From the NCBI GenBank assembly GCA_041891055.1, contig CP169074.1, positions 960,001 to 1,024,000 on the forward strand: a stretch of 64,000 nucleotides of DNA, read 5' to 3'. Source of the DNA: Halorutilales archaeon Cl-col2-1 (GTDB lineage Archaea > Halobacteriota > Halobacteria > Halobacteriales > Afararchaeaceae). The notes beneath the pieces are model-generated. The model saw only the letters and a program-made list of their open reading frames with translations, ran no database searches and was not told the origin of the DNA. Both the position numbers and the translations under genes were made by a program. Below are positions 46,112-55,998 of the stretch, one piece after another (positions within the stretch are counted from its first letter, which is position 1; the number at the start of each line of letters is the position of its first letter).

Positions 46112-47098
46112 ATGAGCATACTCGTAACAGGAGGGGCGGGCTTCATTGGGGGACATCTCGCCGAGACCTTCGTCGAAGAGGGTCACGATGTCGTAGCTAT
46201 AGACAACTTCGATCCCTACTACAGCGTAGGTCTCAAGAGACACAACGTCGACTGTGCGCGTTCTGCGGCTGAGGAGAGTGACGGCACGTACGAGTTAGTA
46301 GAGGGCGACATCCGTGACGAGAAAGTCATCTCCGAGTTAGTCGAGGACGCCGACTACGTCTTTCACGAGGCGGCACAGGCAGGCGTACGTACGAGCGTCG
46401 AGAATCCACAGAAGGTCAACAGCATAAACGAGGGAGGTCTTCTCAATATACTCGAAGCCGCGAAGGACTCCGAGACTGGGCGTGTCGTAGTGGCGAGTTC
46501 GTCGTCTGTCTACGGCAAGCCAGAGTATCTGCCCTACGATGAGGAGCATCCCAAGAGTCCTGTGAGTCCGTACGGAGTCTCGAAGCTGGCTTCAGAGAAC
46601 TACACGCGTGTCTACAACGAGTTACACGGGCTCTCGACCGTCGTCATACGTCCCTTCACAGTCTACGGTCCACGTATGCGTCCCAACATGGCTATAACCA
46701 ACTTCGTCTCACGGTGTATCAACGGCAAGTCGCCGGTCGTCTACGGAGACGGCGAACAGACACGTGACTTCACGTATATCGAGGACATAGTCGACGCCCA
46801 CCGCACTCTTCTTGATACTGACGAAGCAGACGGCGAGGTCATGAATATCGGCAGTACTGACAATATCTCGATAAACGAGCTCGCGAGGGAGATACGGGAT
46901 GAGATAGATCCCGACCTCGACATCGAGTACGACGAGAGACACGACGCCGACGCCGAACACACCCACGCCGACATCTCGAAGGCTAAGAATCTTATAGGCT
47001 ACGAGCCGAATACGGAGATACGTGAAGGCGTCTCGGAGTTCGTCGACTGGTACCGCGACAACAGAGACTGGTACGAGACCCTAGTTCTGGAGTCTTAA
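46112..47098 (+). CDS. NAD-dependent nucleotide-sugar epimerase/dehydratase
   Basis: TGGAGFIG, SSSSVYG, YGVSK, GDGEQTRDF. Confidence 0.93.
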   Translation: MSILVTGGAGFIGGHLAETFVEEGHDVVAIDNFDPYYSVGLKRHNVDCARSAAEESDGTYELVEGDIRDEKVISELVEDADYVFHEAAQAGVRTSVENPQKVNSINEGGLLNILEAAKDSETGRVVVASSSSVYGKPEYLPYDEEHPKSPVSPYGVSKLASENYTRVYNELHGLSTVVIRPFTVYGPRMRPNMAITNFVSRCINGKSPVVYGDGEQTRDFTYIEDIVDAHRTLLDTDEADGEVMNIGSTDNISINELAREIRDEIDPDLDIEYDERHDADAEHTHADISKAKNLIGYEPNTEIREGVSEFVDWYRDNRDWYETLVLES

Positions 47099-47114
47099 AG
47101 TGTCACTCCCTTTG

Positions 47115-48509
47115 CTATGAAGAAGCTGAGAATATCTGATCTAGCTTTTCTATGTCGACCAGTGTCCATGTCTCCCCAGCCTCATCGAGGAGGTCTCGAG
47201 TGAAACCACTCTTCGAGAAGAGTACGTACTCCTCGTGACGCTCGTTGTTGTGCCATCTGACCTCGTCTGACTTGTTCTCTAAGTCACGCATGAGGTCGGT
47301 ATCCACCTTACTCTCTGTCCATTTACATTCACAGAAGACAGTACTCTTACTCTCCGGGTTGAGTCCGACGATATCGATCTCATATTCCTTGTACCACCAC
47401 TTACCCATCTTCGAGTAACTGTCTCGAAGCATACCTTGCCTGTTCATCTTCCACAGAGCCTCCGTGCATACCTCTTCGTATGTTTTGGAGACAAACCTAT
47501 CAAGCCGAGGCTGTATGTTGTTCTCAAGTACGAGTTCGGGGGACTCCTCTATGCCTGATCTGTTTGGCTCTATGAACCTAAACCAGAAACGTAAGAAGCT
47601 GTCTTTTATTTTATAGATAGATCTCTTCGATTTTTTCTTGTCTGCGGTCACCGGTACGACCCTTTCGATCAGGCGGATACGTCTAAGCTTCTGTAAATAG
47701 TTGGACAACGGACCAGAACCGATATCCGTCTGACCTGAAATCTCGTTAGGAGTCGTATGTCCGTTAGCGATCGCTTCCAATATACTCATGTACCTCGATG
47801 GGTTTCTGAGTTCTGTGCGTAGCAAGAACTCCGGCTCATTATACAGTACAGAGTTCTTCGAGAGATGGTTTTCAAGGAGATTCTGGCTAAGTGAGTTCTC
47901 GTAGTCGAAGAGCTGTAGGTACATAGGTGTCCCTCCCGTAGTAGAGTAAGACCGTACTGCGTCAACCATACTGTAGTCGATAATACTGAGTGAGTCTGAG
48001 AAGCTGAACGGCTTGAGATCAATCTGGGCGGTTCGCCTCCCGTAGAGTGGACTCTTGTGTCCCATGACGTCCGACTCCATGACACTGATAGACGAACCAC
48101 ATAAGATTAACATCGAGTCCATGTCTTCTGAGTTCTCGTCTATAACAGACTGAAGGCTCGAAAGAACCGAGCTGTCTGATCCTATCAGATACGGGAGTTC
48201 GTCAATAGCGAGTACTATCTTTTCCTCGGAGAGTTTCTCGCCTACGTAATCTATGGCATCGCTCCAGCTCTCGGTTCGGGGGACACGCTCGTTGAAGTAG
48301 TCGACTATGTCTTCTATGAGCTTCTCTCTCTGTAGCTTCTCGGAGTCCTGGGAGACTAGGTGGTATATATGAGGTTTGTCCTCGCAGAACTTCTTGATGA
48401 GCTCCGTCTTTCCAACGCGTCTTCTACCATATAGAACTACAAAACTGAATCCATCCGAACTGTATTCCTCTTCGAGTGTTCTGAGTTCAGAGTTCCTGTT
48501 GTGAAACAT
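47115..48509 (-). CDS. Archaeal ATPase + wHTH + DUF234/PD-(D/E)xK protein
   Basis: YGRRRVGKT, IDEL, PLYGRRT, FWFRFI, EIDIVG...ECKW; start ATG 48509. Confidence 0.9.
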   Translation of the reverse strand: MFHNRNSELRTLEEEYSSDGFSFVVLYGRRRVGKTELIKKFCEDKPHIYHLVSQDSEKLQREKLIEDIVDYFNERVPRTESWSDAIDYVGEKLSEEKIVLAIDELPYLIGSDSSVLSSLQSVIDENSEDMDSMLILCGSSISVMESDVMGHKSPLYGRRTAQIDLKPFSFSDSLSIIDYSMVDAVRSYSTTGGTPMYLQLFDYENSLSQNLLENHLSKNSVLYNEPEFLLRTELRNPSRYMSILEAIANGHTTPNEISGQTDIGSGPLSNYLQKLRRIRLIERVVPVTADKKKSKRSIYKIKDSFLRFWFRFIEPNRSGIEESPELVLENNIQPRLDRFVSKTYEEVCTEALWKMNRQGMLRDSYSKMGKWWYKEYEIDIVGLNPESKSTVFCECKWTESKVDTDLMRDLENKSDEVRWHNNERHEEYVLFSKSGFTRDLLDEAGETWTLVDIEKLDQIFSASS

Positions 48510-48541
48510 TATTATCGTAATAATCATTATCGTGATAATGA
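48508..48541. promoter_or_regulatory. Two tandem palindromes at the ATPase start, candidate operator
   Basis: ATTATTA-TCG-TAATAAT followed by TCATTATC-GT-GATAATGA. Confidence 0.6.
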
Positions 48542-48633
48542 TATATAGAGGTTAGGCTTAGCTTCGAGACAAGGTGGCTAACTACGAGGTTTGACCGGAT
48601 CCATCACCTCTGGGAGTAGAAGGGAGAAAATAC

Positions 48634-48987
48634 TTAGCTAACTCCGAGGCTGAGTTTCAGAGCATCATCGATCTCCGACATCGTGGACGAGTCGAGGCTA
48701 CCGACCACCGACTCGATACGGCTTTCTACCGACACAGTCCGTATCTGATCGAGACGTACCGACGAGTCCTTCTCGAAAGGAGAACCCGACGCCTCGACAA
48801 AGACCTCGAAGGGATACTCCCTGTATGTACCTGTCGCAGGGGCGACGATAGTAGTACTCGAGTTTCTGTTACCCACGTCATTCTGTACGACCACGGCAGG
48901 ACATGTCTTTTTCATCTCGTTGCCCTCAGCAGGATCGAGACGAACTATAACAACATCACCTCTCCTTATCTCTATGTCGTCGCTCAT
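48634..48987 (-). CDS. mazF: MazF/PemK toxin, possibly inactivated
   Basis: RRGDV..V.LDP..G.E.KKTCPAVVVQND..N, DQIRTV. Confidence 0.88.
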   Translation of the reverse strand: MSDDIEIRRGDVVIVRLDPAEGNEMKKTCPAVVVQNDVGNRNSSTTIVAPATGTYREYPFEVFVEASGSPFEKDSSVRLDQIRTVSVESRIESVVGSLDSSTMSEIDDALKLSLGVS

Positions 48988-49217
48988 TCTTCGAGACTTT
49001 CCCACGCTTCGTCCGAAGTCTCAGTCCACTCCTCAGCAATACTCTCCGCAGTGTCAGAGGCATCTCGGTACGCCGACGCAAGATATTCCTCGTCGACGTC
49101 TGACTCGACCTCGACGATAGCAACAGTCACACGTTTGTTGGCGTACTCAGTCCCCAGATATAGCCTACCTCTGTCGTCCGTCTCGTTTGTCTGGAGTTCG
49201 TCTGCATCTACTTCCAT
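48984..49217 (-). CDS. Putative antitoxin of mazF
   Basis: TDDRGRLYLG AbrB-like N-terminus; acidic Trp-containing tail; ATGA overlap. Confidence 0.7.
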   Translation of the reverse strand: MEVDADELQTNETDDRGRLYLGTEYANKRVTVAIVEVESDVDEEYLASAYRDASDTAESIAEEWTETSDEAWESLEE

Positions 49218-49443
49218 ACATAGGATACAGTCTCCCAACAGATTAATTTTCCCACTATTACCCATTAATACCGGGTCGTTTTCTTACGATACTCACAAAG
49301 GAGAGAAGCTGTGACTCATCCTTAGGTCTCAGAGAGCGGTAGTCTGGCTGTTCACGAAGACAGTCCCTACGTGTGACAAACTTGACTGATTTCCGAGATG
49401 ACTGTCCAACGAATTTAACAGCCTGGGGATTCTAAGAAGAAGT

Positions 49444-49791
49444 ATGCCAAGTCAAAAGACCGGGGAAGTAGATGAGTCGGATATAGCAGAGCTGCGTGAT
49501 GAGTACCCGAGCGGTTGGCGTATCCTCACTCAGCACGAAAGCGTGGGATATATGATTGACGCTCTGATGGACGCACCAGAGTATCACTTCACTAAGTCAA
49601 AGCTGGCAGAGAAGGCTGGTGTGAGTCGCCAGTCCGTTCACACCCACCTCAGTCTCCTTCTGACTCTTGGCATAATAGAAGTAGTTGAGAACTCGTCGCC
49701 GGAGAAATACACGCTCAGTTCGGACAACGAGATAGTCAGAGAGCTACACCGACTGAATGGACTAGTAAATCAGAAGCTTAGTCAGGAGTAG
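49444..49791 (+). CDS. HTH domain protein
   Basis: FTKSKLAEKAGVSRQSVHTHL. Confidence 0.8.
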   Translation: MPSQKTGEVDESDIAELRDEYPSGWRILTQHESVGYMIDALMDAPEYHFTKSKLAEKAGVSRQSVHTHLSLLLTLGIIEVVENSSPEKYTLSSDNEIVRELHRLNGLVNQKLSQE

Positions 49792-49792
49792 G

Positions 49793-49978
49793 ATGGATGG
49801 GAAAGCCCGCATCGTGTGGAAGCTGGCTCGGAACCACACATGGGGAACGCCGATGCCAGCCGACAAGTTAGTTCGTATCGCGGCTACTGACGAGGATCAC
49901 GACGAGATGAGACAATATCTTGAGGATGTTCTGGAGCTATCTTTCGTATCTCGTCCAACTGTCGGATTATCTAACTAA
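49793..49978 (+). pseudogene. Short, probably truncated partner of the HTH gene
   Basis: Coupled start, ARIVWKLARNH.WG; ends abruptly at 61 aa. Confidence 0.45.
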
Positions 49979-50058
49979 CCCATATCGGATCTATTCGAAG
50001 CTGTTGATTAAGCTAGGTACCGCAAGTTGAAAGTCTCTCGAAACTGGGTTTGATATAG

Positions 50059-51189
50059 ATGAAAATACTCCGAGTCGCACAGAACCTGTATCCCGAGGTG
50101 CCCGGGGGAGGTACGTACCATGTCCACGCTATGAGTCGTGATCAGGCGGAGATGGGACACGACGTGACCGTTCTTACTGTCTCGGATATTCATCAATCTT
50201 CGATTGATGAGCCTGCGGATCAAAGATTAACAGACGACGACAGTCTGCCTCGCCGAGAGGAGAGAGATGGGTATACAGTCGTACGTAGAAAGCCGACTGT
50301 CGGGGTCATAGGCAACGAGATATCAACTGGTGTTGGGAAGTTTCTACGTGATGCGTCGGGATTCGACGTGATTCACGCACACTCGCATCTGTACTTTTCT
50401 ACTAACTTAGCCGCGGTGAAACGCCGTCTCGGGGACATACCTCTGGCGATCACCAACCACGGACTCTACTCACAGAGCGCGCCCGAGTGGGTCTTCGACC
50501 TCTATCTGCGTACTGTGGGTCGGTGGACGTTTAACACGGCTGACGTCGTCTTCTGTTATACAGACGAGGACAGAAACAGGGTTCGGGAGTTCGGCGTCAA
50601 CTCACGTATAGAGGTCGTGCCAAACGGAGTCGACACCGAGCGGTTTACTCCTTCAGGTGAAGAGAGCGATCTCATCGATACTGACTCGGAGGTCGTCCTG
50701 TTTGTGGGTCGTCTAGTAGAGGGTAAACGTCCACAGGACGCCGTCGAAGCCGTCTCACGTCTCTCCGAGAGTAGGGATATCGAACTGTATGTCGTCGGAG
50801 ACGGCCCTATGCGTGACGATCTAGAGGAGACCGCAGACGAGAACGTGAGTTTTCTGGGGCAGGTGCCCTACGACGAGATGCCACGTGTCTATCGGTCGGG
50901 TGACGTTCTGATACTGCCTAGCCGTGCCGAGGGTCTGCCACGGACTGTTCTAGAGGCATTTTCGTCGGGGATTCCGGTCGTGTCGAGTCATCTGGAGCAT
51001 ACTGCTTCTATCGTGCAAGAAGGTGGTGAGACAGTCGAGGTCGGGGATGTTGAGGGTTATAGAGAGGCTCTGGAGAGTGTGTTGTCTGAGAAGGATAAGC
51101 TTGGTGTGAGAGGACGTGAGACCGTAGTCGACGGATTTCGATGGCAGGACACAGTCGAGGAGACGACAGATGTGCTCAAACAGATATGA
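50059..51189 (+). CDS. GT4 glycosyltransferase carrying an in-frame 48-nt hairpin insertion
   Basis: HAHSH, NGVD, FVGRL..GK, EGLPRTVLEA. Confidence 0.92.
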   Translation: MKILRVAQNLYPEVPGGGTYHVHAMSRDQAEMGHDVTVLTVSDIHQSSIDEPADQRLTDDDSLPRREERDGYTVVRRKPTVGVIGNEISTGVGKFLRDASGFDVIHAHSHLYFSTNLAAVKRRLGDIPLAITNHGLYSQSAPEWVFDLYLRTVGRWTFNTADVVFCYTDEDRNRVREFGVNSRIEVVPNGVDTERFTPSGEESDLIDTDSEVVLFVGRLVEGKRPQDAVEAVSRLSESRDIELYVVGDGPMRDDLEETADENVSFLGQVPYDEMPRVYRSGDVLILPSRAEGLPRTVLEAFSSGIPVVSSHLEHTASIVQEGGETVEVGDVEGYREALESVLSEKDKLGVRGRETVVDGFRWQDTVEETTDVLKQI

Positions 51190-51275
51190 TTCACCAAAGC
51201 CGACTTAACAGGCTCACGACTACTAATTCCGGTAGCAACAAAAACCATAAGACGCACACACACGTCTACACAGAT

Positions 51276-51548
51276 ATGTCACTGAACCTGGGCGATGCCG
51301 TTCGGAATTCTCTTCTATATCGGGCAGTGTCACAGTTTCTGATCTGGTCAAAGCATAGTAAGATGGCACGTCTGCTTGGGAACGAAAGGGTTCTTGCCGC
51401 GATTATCGCTATCGGATTACTGGGAAGTATCTTCAGAGTCCTGAGTTCGGGTATGCAGGCTCCGGTCAAATTCTTGAGTTTCGCGCTGCTTTTTGTCATA
51501 ACCGTCGCGTTGACGTGGAACTACACCGAGCCACTCACGGACGAGTAA
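51276..51548 (+). CDS. Small two-TM membrane protein
   Basis: Hydrophobic C-terminal half; overlaps the 3' end of the opposite-strand gene. Confidence 0.55.
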   Translation: MSLNLGDAVRNSLLYRAVSQFLIWSKHSKMARLLGNERVLAAIIAIGLLGSIFRVLSSGMQAPVKFLSFALLFVITVALTWNYTEPLTDE

Positions 51549-52673
51549 CTCCCAACGCTGTATAACAGGCAGAGCAAACACGACTAACAAGAAGTCGAAA
51601 ACGATCCGGTGGCGGACATTCGTCCCGAAGTTTGAGTTGATTGTTCCATATCCGACGATGCCGGCGAGGTATATAACAACTAGAAATACTGCAGCCGTCT
51701 CGTCAGGCCTGCATTCGTACAGCGATCGGGCTGCACCCACGAAGAGAAATATAAGGGCTATGGAGACGGTGAAAGCCAAGAAGTGAAATACAGACTCGAC
51801 GTGCAACGGAAATGGAGCGAATTGGAAATAGATAGCCCTTGCCGGAGCAGCGAGGAGAAAATCGAACCAGGAGGTATACTCCATTCCATCGAGATATACT
51901 GCTCCGCCTCTCGATCGCCCAACCATTTGCGCGTTTGCACGCTCGAACGAGTAGAGAACTTCTGCGAACAGCCCGAATCCGATCACACCGACAGTACCGA
52001 TAACTGCTGTGAGTGACGTGAGCGACAAATCGACCGTAGTAGTACGAACCAGTTTGACGATCACACTTGCTATACTGCCAAGCACAAACACGAGCGAAAG
52101 TTCAGGTCTCAATAGGTATAGCATTCCCCAGAGTGGAACGGCAACGAGTACGGGCTTCAGCTGATGTGACAGGAGTGTACTGAGGCCGAGACTGAGGAGT
52201 GAGAAAAATAGCAGAACAGACAATGCATCTCGCATTGGGAGACTGAGGAACAGAAACTGTAGCGGTGCAAACAGAACGATAAGCATCAGACCGAGATGTG
52301 ATTCCCTTCGTGACGGATACAGTTGGCGGGCGATAGACGAGATCGGTACCACTGTCAGAACACCGAATAATCCGTTAAATATCGCGACTGTTTCAGGTTG
52401 TGGGCTAAATACGGTGTACGTAAGCGCCTGGAACCCTCCGAACGAACTCACAGTCGAGGATCCAGATGTAAACGTCCCTGCTGCAATTTCGCTCGCAGTC
52501 TGGTGAAACTGAGCAATATCCCATCTATAGGGTAGTCGAGGAAGTACCACTAACGCAACGAAGACGTGACCAATGAATGCAGTGATCGCTATTGGTCGAT
52601 ACCAGGGCAGATCAGTGTATTGTGCCACGAGTAGGAGTGAGACGAACGCCATTCCGACAGCTAAAAGTATCAT
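51417..52673 (-). CDS. Polytopic membrane protein, Wzy-like/GT-C candidate
   Basis: About 10 TMs, MRD, LRPE, GGAVYL, NFGTNVRHR; located in a GT cluster. Confidence 0.65.
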   Translation of the reverse strand: MILLAVGMAFVSLLLVAQYTDLPWYRPIAITAFIGHVFVALVVLPRLPYRWDIAQFHQTASEIAAGTFTSGSSTVSSFGGFQALTYTVFSPQPETVAIFNGLFGVLTVVPISSIARQLYPSRRESHLGLMLIVLFAPLQFLFLSLPMRDALSVLLFFSLLSLGLSTLLSHQLKPVLVAVPLWGMLYLLRPELSLVFVLGSIASVIVKLVRTTTVDLSLTSLTAVIGTVGVIGFGLFAEVLYSFERANAQMVGRSRGGAVYLDGMEYTSWFDFLLAAPARAIYFQFAPFPLHVESVFHFLAFTVSIALIFLFVGAARSLYECRPDETAAVFLVVIYLAGIVGYGTINSNFGTNVRHRIVFDFLLVVFALPVIQRWELLVREWLGVVPRQRDGYDKKQRETQEFDRSLHTRTQDSEDTSQ

Positions 52674-52722
52674 ATGTTATTTTTGTGGGCATTCATATGC
52701 AGTCTAGTATTAATAAAATGTA

Positions 52723-53841
52723 TCATGGACTATCTTTGGATAATTGTCTGTAAATTTGAGTATATGAGTCCGACATGGTTTTCACATCGAAGTACTCCTT
52801 AGCACGCTCGTAACCCGCTTTTCCGTATTGGTTTTGCACCTCATTTTCGGCGATCTCATTTATAGCTTCAAGGAGACTATCGACGCGACCCAGAGGGTAG
52901 AGTATTCCTGTTTCACTGTCGTGTACTGCTTCTCTCACGCCTGGTATATCTGGAGCAACGACAGGCAATGATGCAGCCATCGCTTCAAGGATTGTTATTG
53001 GATGGCCCTCCGCTTTGGATCCAGACACAAAAGCATCAGCTGCTGCATAGTATGGGTGCACCTCAGGAACACGACCAGTAATATGGACAGTGTCCTGAAC
53101 ACCATGAGATTTAACTTCAGATCGGAGTTCCTTTTCAAGTTCCCCATGGCCCACGATGATAAGATGAGCATCCGTCTTACTCTGAGCAAAAGCATCGATG
53201 AGGTTCGACTGTCCTTTGACTGGTACATAACGACCGACATTGAGAAATATCGGTGTTTCCTGATCAATGTTGAGTTGCTCCCGGATATTAACGCCATCCG
53301 ATATTTTAACCTTTTGAGCGAATTTCTCAACATTGATGCCATTATATACTGTACACCAGTCGTCATCAAGCTCACCAGGTTCATGGGCGCTCCCAGTAAA
53401 TGCTCGTTCAACTCCCTGGGAAACTGCCACTGTCTTATCATCCAAAGAGCGTGTCAATCTCTCGGTTGTACGGGTCACAGGGTGATAGTTCGATGGGACA
53501 TTATGTTGAGTACTAACGATACGAACATCATTCATTGACCCAATGAGCCGTCCAAGAGTCTGTGCATACGGGAGATGAAGATGAAGAATGTCTATCTGCT
53601 TTTCACGAAGGTAGCTGTTGAATCGTTTTACAGCACGAGGGTCAAACCGAAACTCCTCACCAAAATGTCGAACTGGTACGCCTGCCTCTTCTATTTCTGG
53701 TACTAGGGCATCTTCGTCACCAAAAAATCCAACACTGAATTGAATTCGATCACTGGCACTGACGAGGTCACGAACCATATTCTCAGCACCCCCATACGGG
53801 AGGGCAGTAATTAATTGACAGACAGATATATCTTTAGCCAT
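52723..53841 (-). CDS. GT4 glycosyltransferase
   Basis: GGAE, NVGRY...KG, EGHPITILEAMA. Confidence 0.92.
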   Translation of the reverse strand: MAKDISVCQLITALPYGGAENMVRDLVSASDRIQFSVGFFGDEDALVPEIEEAGVPVRHFGEEFRFDPRAVKRFNSYLREKQIDILHLHLPYAQTLGRLIGSMNDVRIVSTQHNVPSNYHPVTRTTERLTRSLDDKTVAVSQGVERAFTGSAHEPGELDDDWCTVYNGINVEKFAQKVKISDGVNIREQLNIDQETPIFLNVGRYVPVKGQSNLIDAFAQSKTDAHLIIVGHGELEKELRSEVKSHGVQDTVHITGRVPEVHPYYAAADAFVSGSKAEGHPITILEAMAASLPVVAPDIPGVREAVHDSETGILYPLGRVDSLLEAINEIAENEVQNQYGKAGYERAKEYFDVKTMSDSYTQIYRQLSKDSP

Positions 53842-53922
53842 CAATCATTGGTCTTCAACAAAGTATTTAAATGAATCGACATCGTGCAATTCATTAGACG
53901 AAAGAGAATACCTCTTAATCAG

Positions 53923-54849
53923 ATGAGTGTGATTTCACTATCCAGAATTGGACGAGGGCTCGAAAGCCCCAATTTGTTCCTCCGCGAATTAAATAGATTC
54001 TATTACAAACAGTTATATACTCAATCGTATAACACGGGCGGCATCGATATCTTTGAACAGGACTGGGACAACCTCATAGTCTTAGATGCCTGCAGATACG
54101 ATCTGTTTGAGAATACAGCTGATCTCGAAGGTCAGCTCGAATCTCGTATTTCACGTGCATCAAGTACGCCTGAGTGGCTCAGAGCAAATTTTAAAGGACG
54201 TAAGCTGCACGACACAGTATATATTACAGCAAATCCACAGCTTTTCCGACACAGAGAGGAAATAGATGTGGAATTTCACGATGTAATCAATATCTGGCAG
54301 GAGGACGGCTGGGATGAAGAGCATCAAACGGTACTTCCAGAAACGGTTACAAAGAGAAGTATTGAAGCAGCAGACAAGTACCCCAATAAAAGATTGCTCA
54401 TCCATTATATTCAGCCGCACTACCCATTCCTGACGAGTATTGATCAACCGTTTGAGGATAGCCAGGCGTTTCTAAAGCCAGATGAAGCTGGAAGCTGGCA
54501 TCAGGCAGTGATTGGAAAAATTGACCCAGACCCAGAGATTGTGTGGCAGGCATATCGCGATACACTAGAAAGGGCGCTCCCGCATGTTGAAGAGCTGGTT
54601 CAGGGTATAACTGGTAAATCAGTAGTTACTGCAGACCACGGGAATATGGTCGGCGAACGTGCTACTCCATTTCCCATTCGGGAGTGGGGTCACCCACGTG
54701 GGATTTATACTGATGAGCTGGTGAAAGTTCCGTGGCTTGTGATCGAAGGAGAGAGTCGAAAGATTACTGCCAGAAAGCCAGTCGAAAGTACAAATAGTGT
54801 CACGGATAAAGTTGTACAGGATCGACTCGAGAAGTTAGGATATACATGA
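53923..54849 (+). CDS. Sulfatase/alkaline-phosphatase-superfamily protein
   Basis: LIVLDACRYD, QPHYPF, TADHGN, RLEKLGY. Confidence 0.8.
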   Translation: MSVISLSRIGRGLESPNLFLRELNRFYYKQLYTQSYNTGGIDIFEQDWDNLIVLDACRYDLFENTADLEGQLESRISRASSTPEWLRANFKGRKLHDTVYITANPQLFRHREEIDVEFHDVINIWQEDGWDEEHQTVLPETVTKRSIEAADKYPNKRLLIHYIQPHYPFLTSIDQPFEDSQAFLKPDEAGSWHQAVIGKIDPDPEIVWQAYRDTLERALPHVEELVQGITGKSVVTADHGNMVGERATPFPIREWGHPRGIYTDELVKVPWLVIEGESRKITARKPVESTNSVTDKVVQDRLEKLGYT

Positions 54850-55985
54850 GTGGTATTGTTTTCGTAACTGTTGTTGATCTTTCAATCATTTCTGGAAGTG
54901 GAGTCGCCACACGTGAGATTATTCGAGGGATAGTCAGTGTAACAGATGAGCCGGTCATTGTTCTCTGCCCGGAGCCTAAAGAGAAGCTACCGGAGATGCT
55001 TGAAAGTCAGGTTGATGAGTTCATTTACTTACCAACGAGAACAAACCCTGGATCACCACGCTGGCACCTCAAAACCGAGTTCAGTATACTACGCAAATTG
55101 GGAAGGCTTTATAAAAATAGAGTCCCTTCACTTGTTGTAACTCGTTTATCGCCTTCTACTCTATTCCCAGCACTGTTTTCTACTATTTTCAATATCCCCC
55201 ATATATTGTTAATTAGGGGATGGGTTCGGAGAAAAGACAGCAGAGAAGATACAAAATTTGGATCACTCGTCGAACAATTAGTAAAAATGAATGTTCGCCT
55301 CTCAGACGAAGTCTACGTTGCGTTTGACGAACTCAAGGAGTGGGTAGATCCATATCGTAGCAACTCCAAGTCACCCGTGAAAGTGTTACCGAACGCAGTC
55401 GATCCTGATATTTTTTCGCCACAACCTCTCAGCTCTACCCGTGCTAAGATTGGAATTGATGCAGAAAAGTTTGTTGTTGGTTTTGTTGGATCGTTAGCTC
55501 CGCGTCATGAACTCAAGACATTATTCAGGGCCGCGGCAAAAACCGATGATGTTTATCTATTGATTGTTGGTGATGGTGTACGCCGGAACAGCCTTGATCA
55601 ACTTGCAGCTGACCTTGGGATCGATGACCGTGTGACGTTTACTGGTCAAGTCGATCATGAAGAAGTCCCAAAATACATCTCTTCTTTCGACGTCGGCTAT
55701 GGAGTTGTGAGCTCAGATAAAGCATCAAATCCAATTAAGTGTTATGAGTATCTATCATGCGAAAGACCAGTTATAACAAGCCAGAAAGAAGAATTTGAGT
55801 TTATTTCAAAAATAGACGCAGGCGTGCTAGTAAGTACTGTGTCAACTAAGGAAGTGTATGAGGCTATCGAATATTTGCGGAACCAGCCACGGAAGGAACG
55901 GCTTGAAATGGGAAAGACTGGTCGTTCGTATGTACAGGAACACTTTACTTGGAAACGCTTGGCTAACGAGCTTATCATAATATGA
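54846..55985 (+). CDS. GT4 glycosyltransferase
   Basis: PNAVD, GFVGSL, PIKCYEYLS. Confidence 0.88.
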   Translation: MSGIVFVTVVDLSIISGSGVATREIIRGIVSVTDEPVIVLCPEPKEKLPEMLESQVDEFIYLPTRTNPGSPRWHLKTEFSILRKLGRLYKNRVPSLVVTRLSPSTLFPALFSTIFNIPHILLIRGWVRRKDSREDTKFGSLVEQLVKMNVRLSDEVYVAFDELKEWVDPYRSNSKSPVKVLPNAVDPDIFSPQPLSSTRAKIGIDAEKFVVGFVGSLAPRHELKTLFRAAAKTDDVYLLIVGDGVRRNSLDQLAADLGIDDRVTFTGQVDHEEVPKYISSFDVGYGVVSSDKASNPIKCYEYLSCERPVITSQKEEFEFISKIDAGVLVSTVSTKEVYEAIEYLRNQPRKERLEMGKTGRSYVQEHFTWKRLANELIII

Positions 55986-55998
55986 TATATCAATTTTT

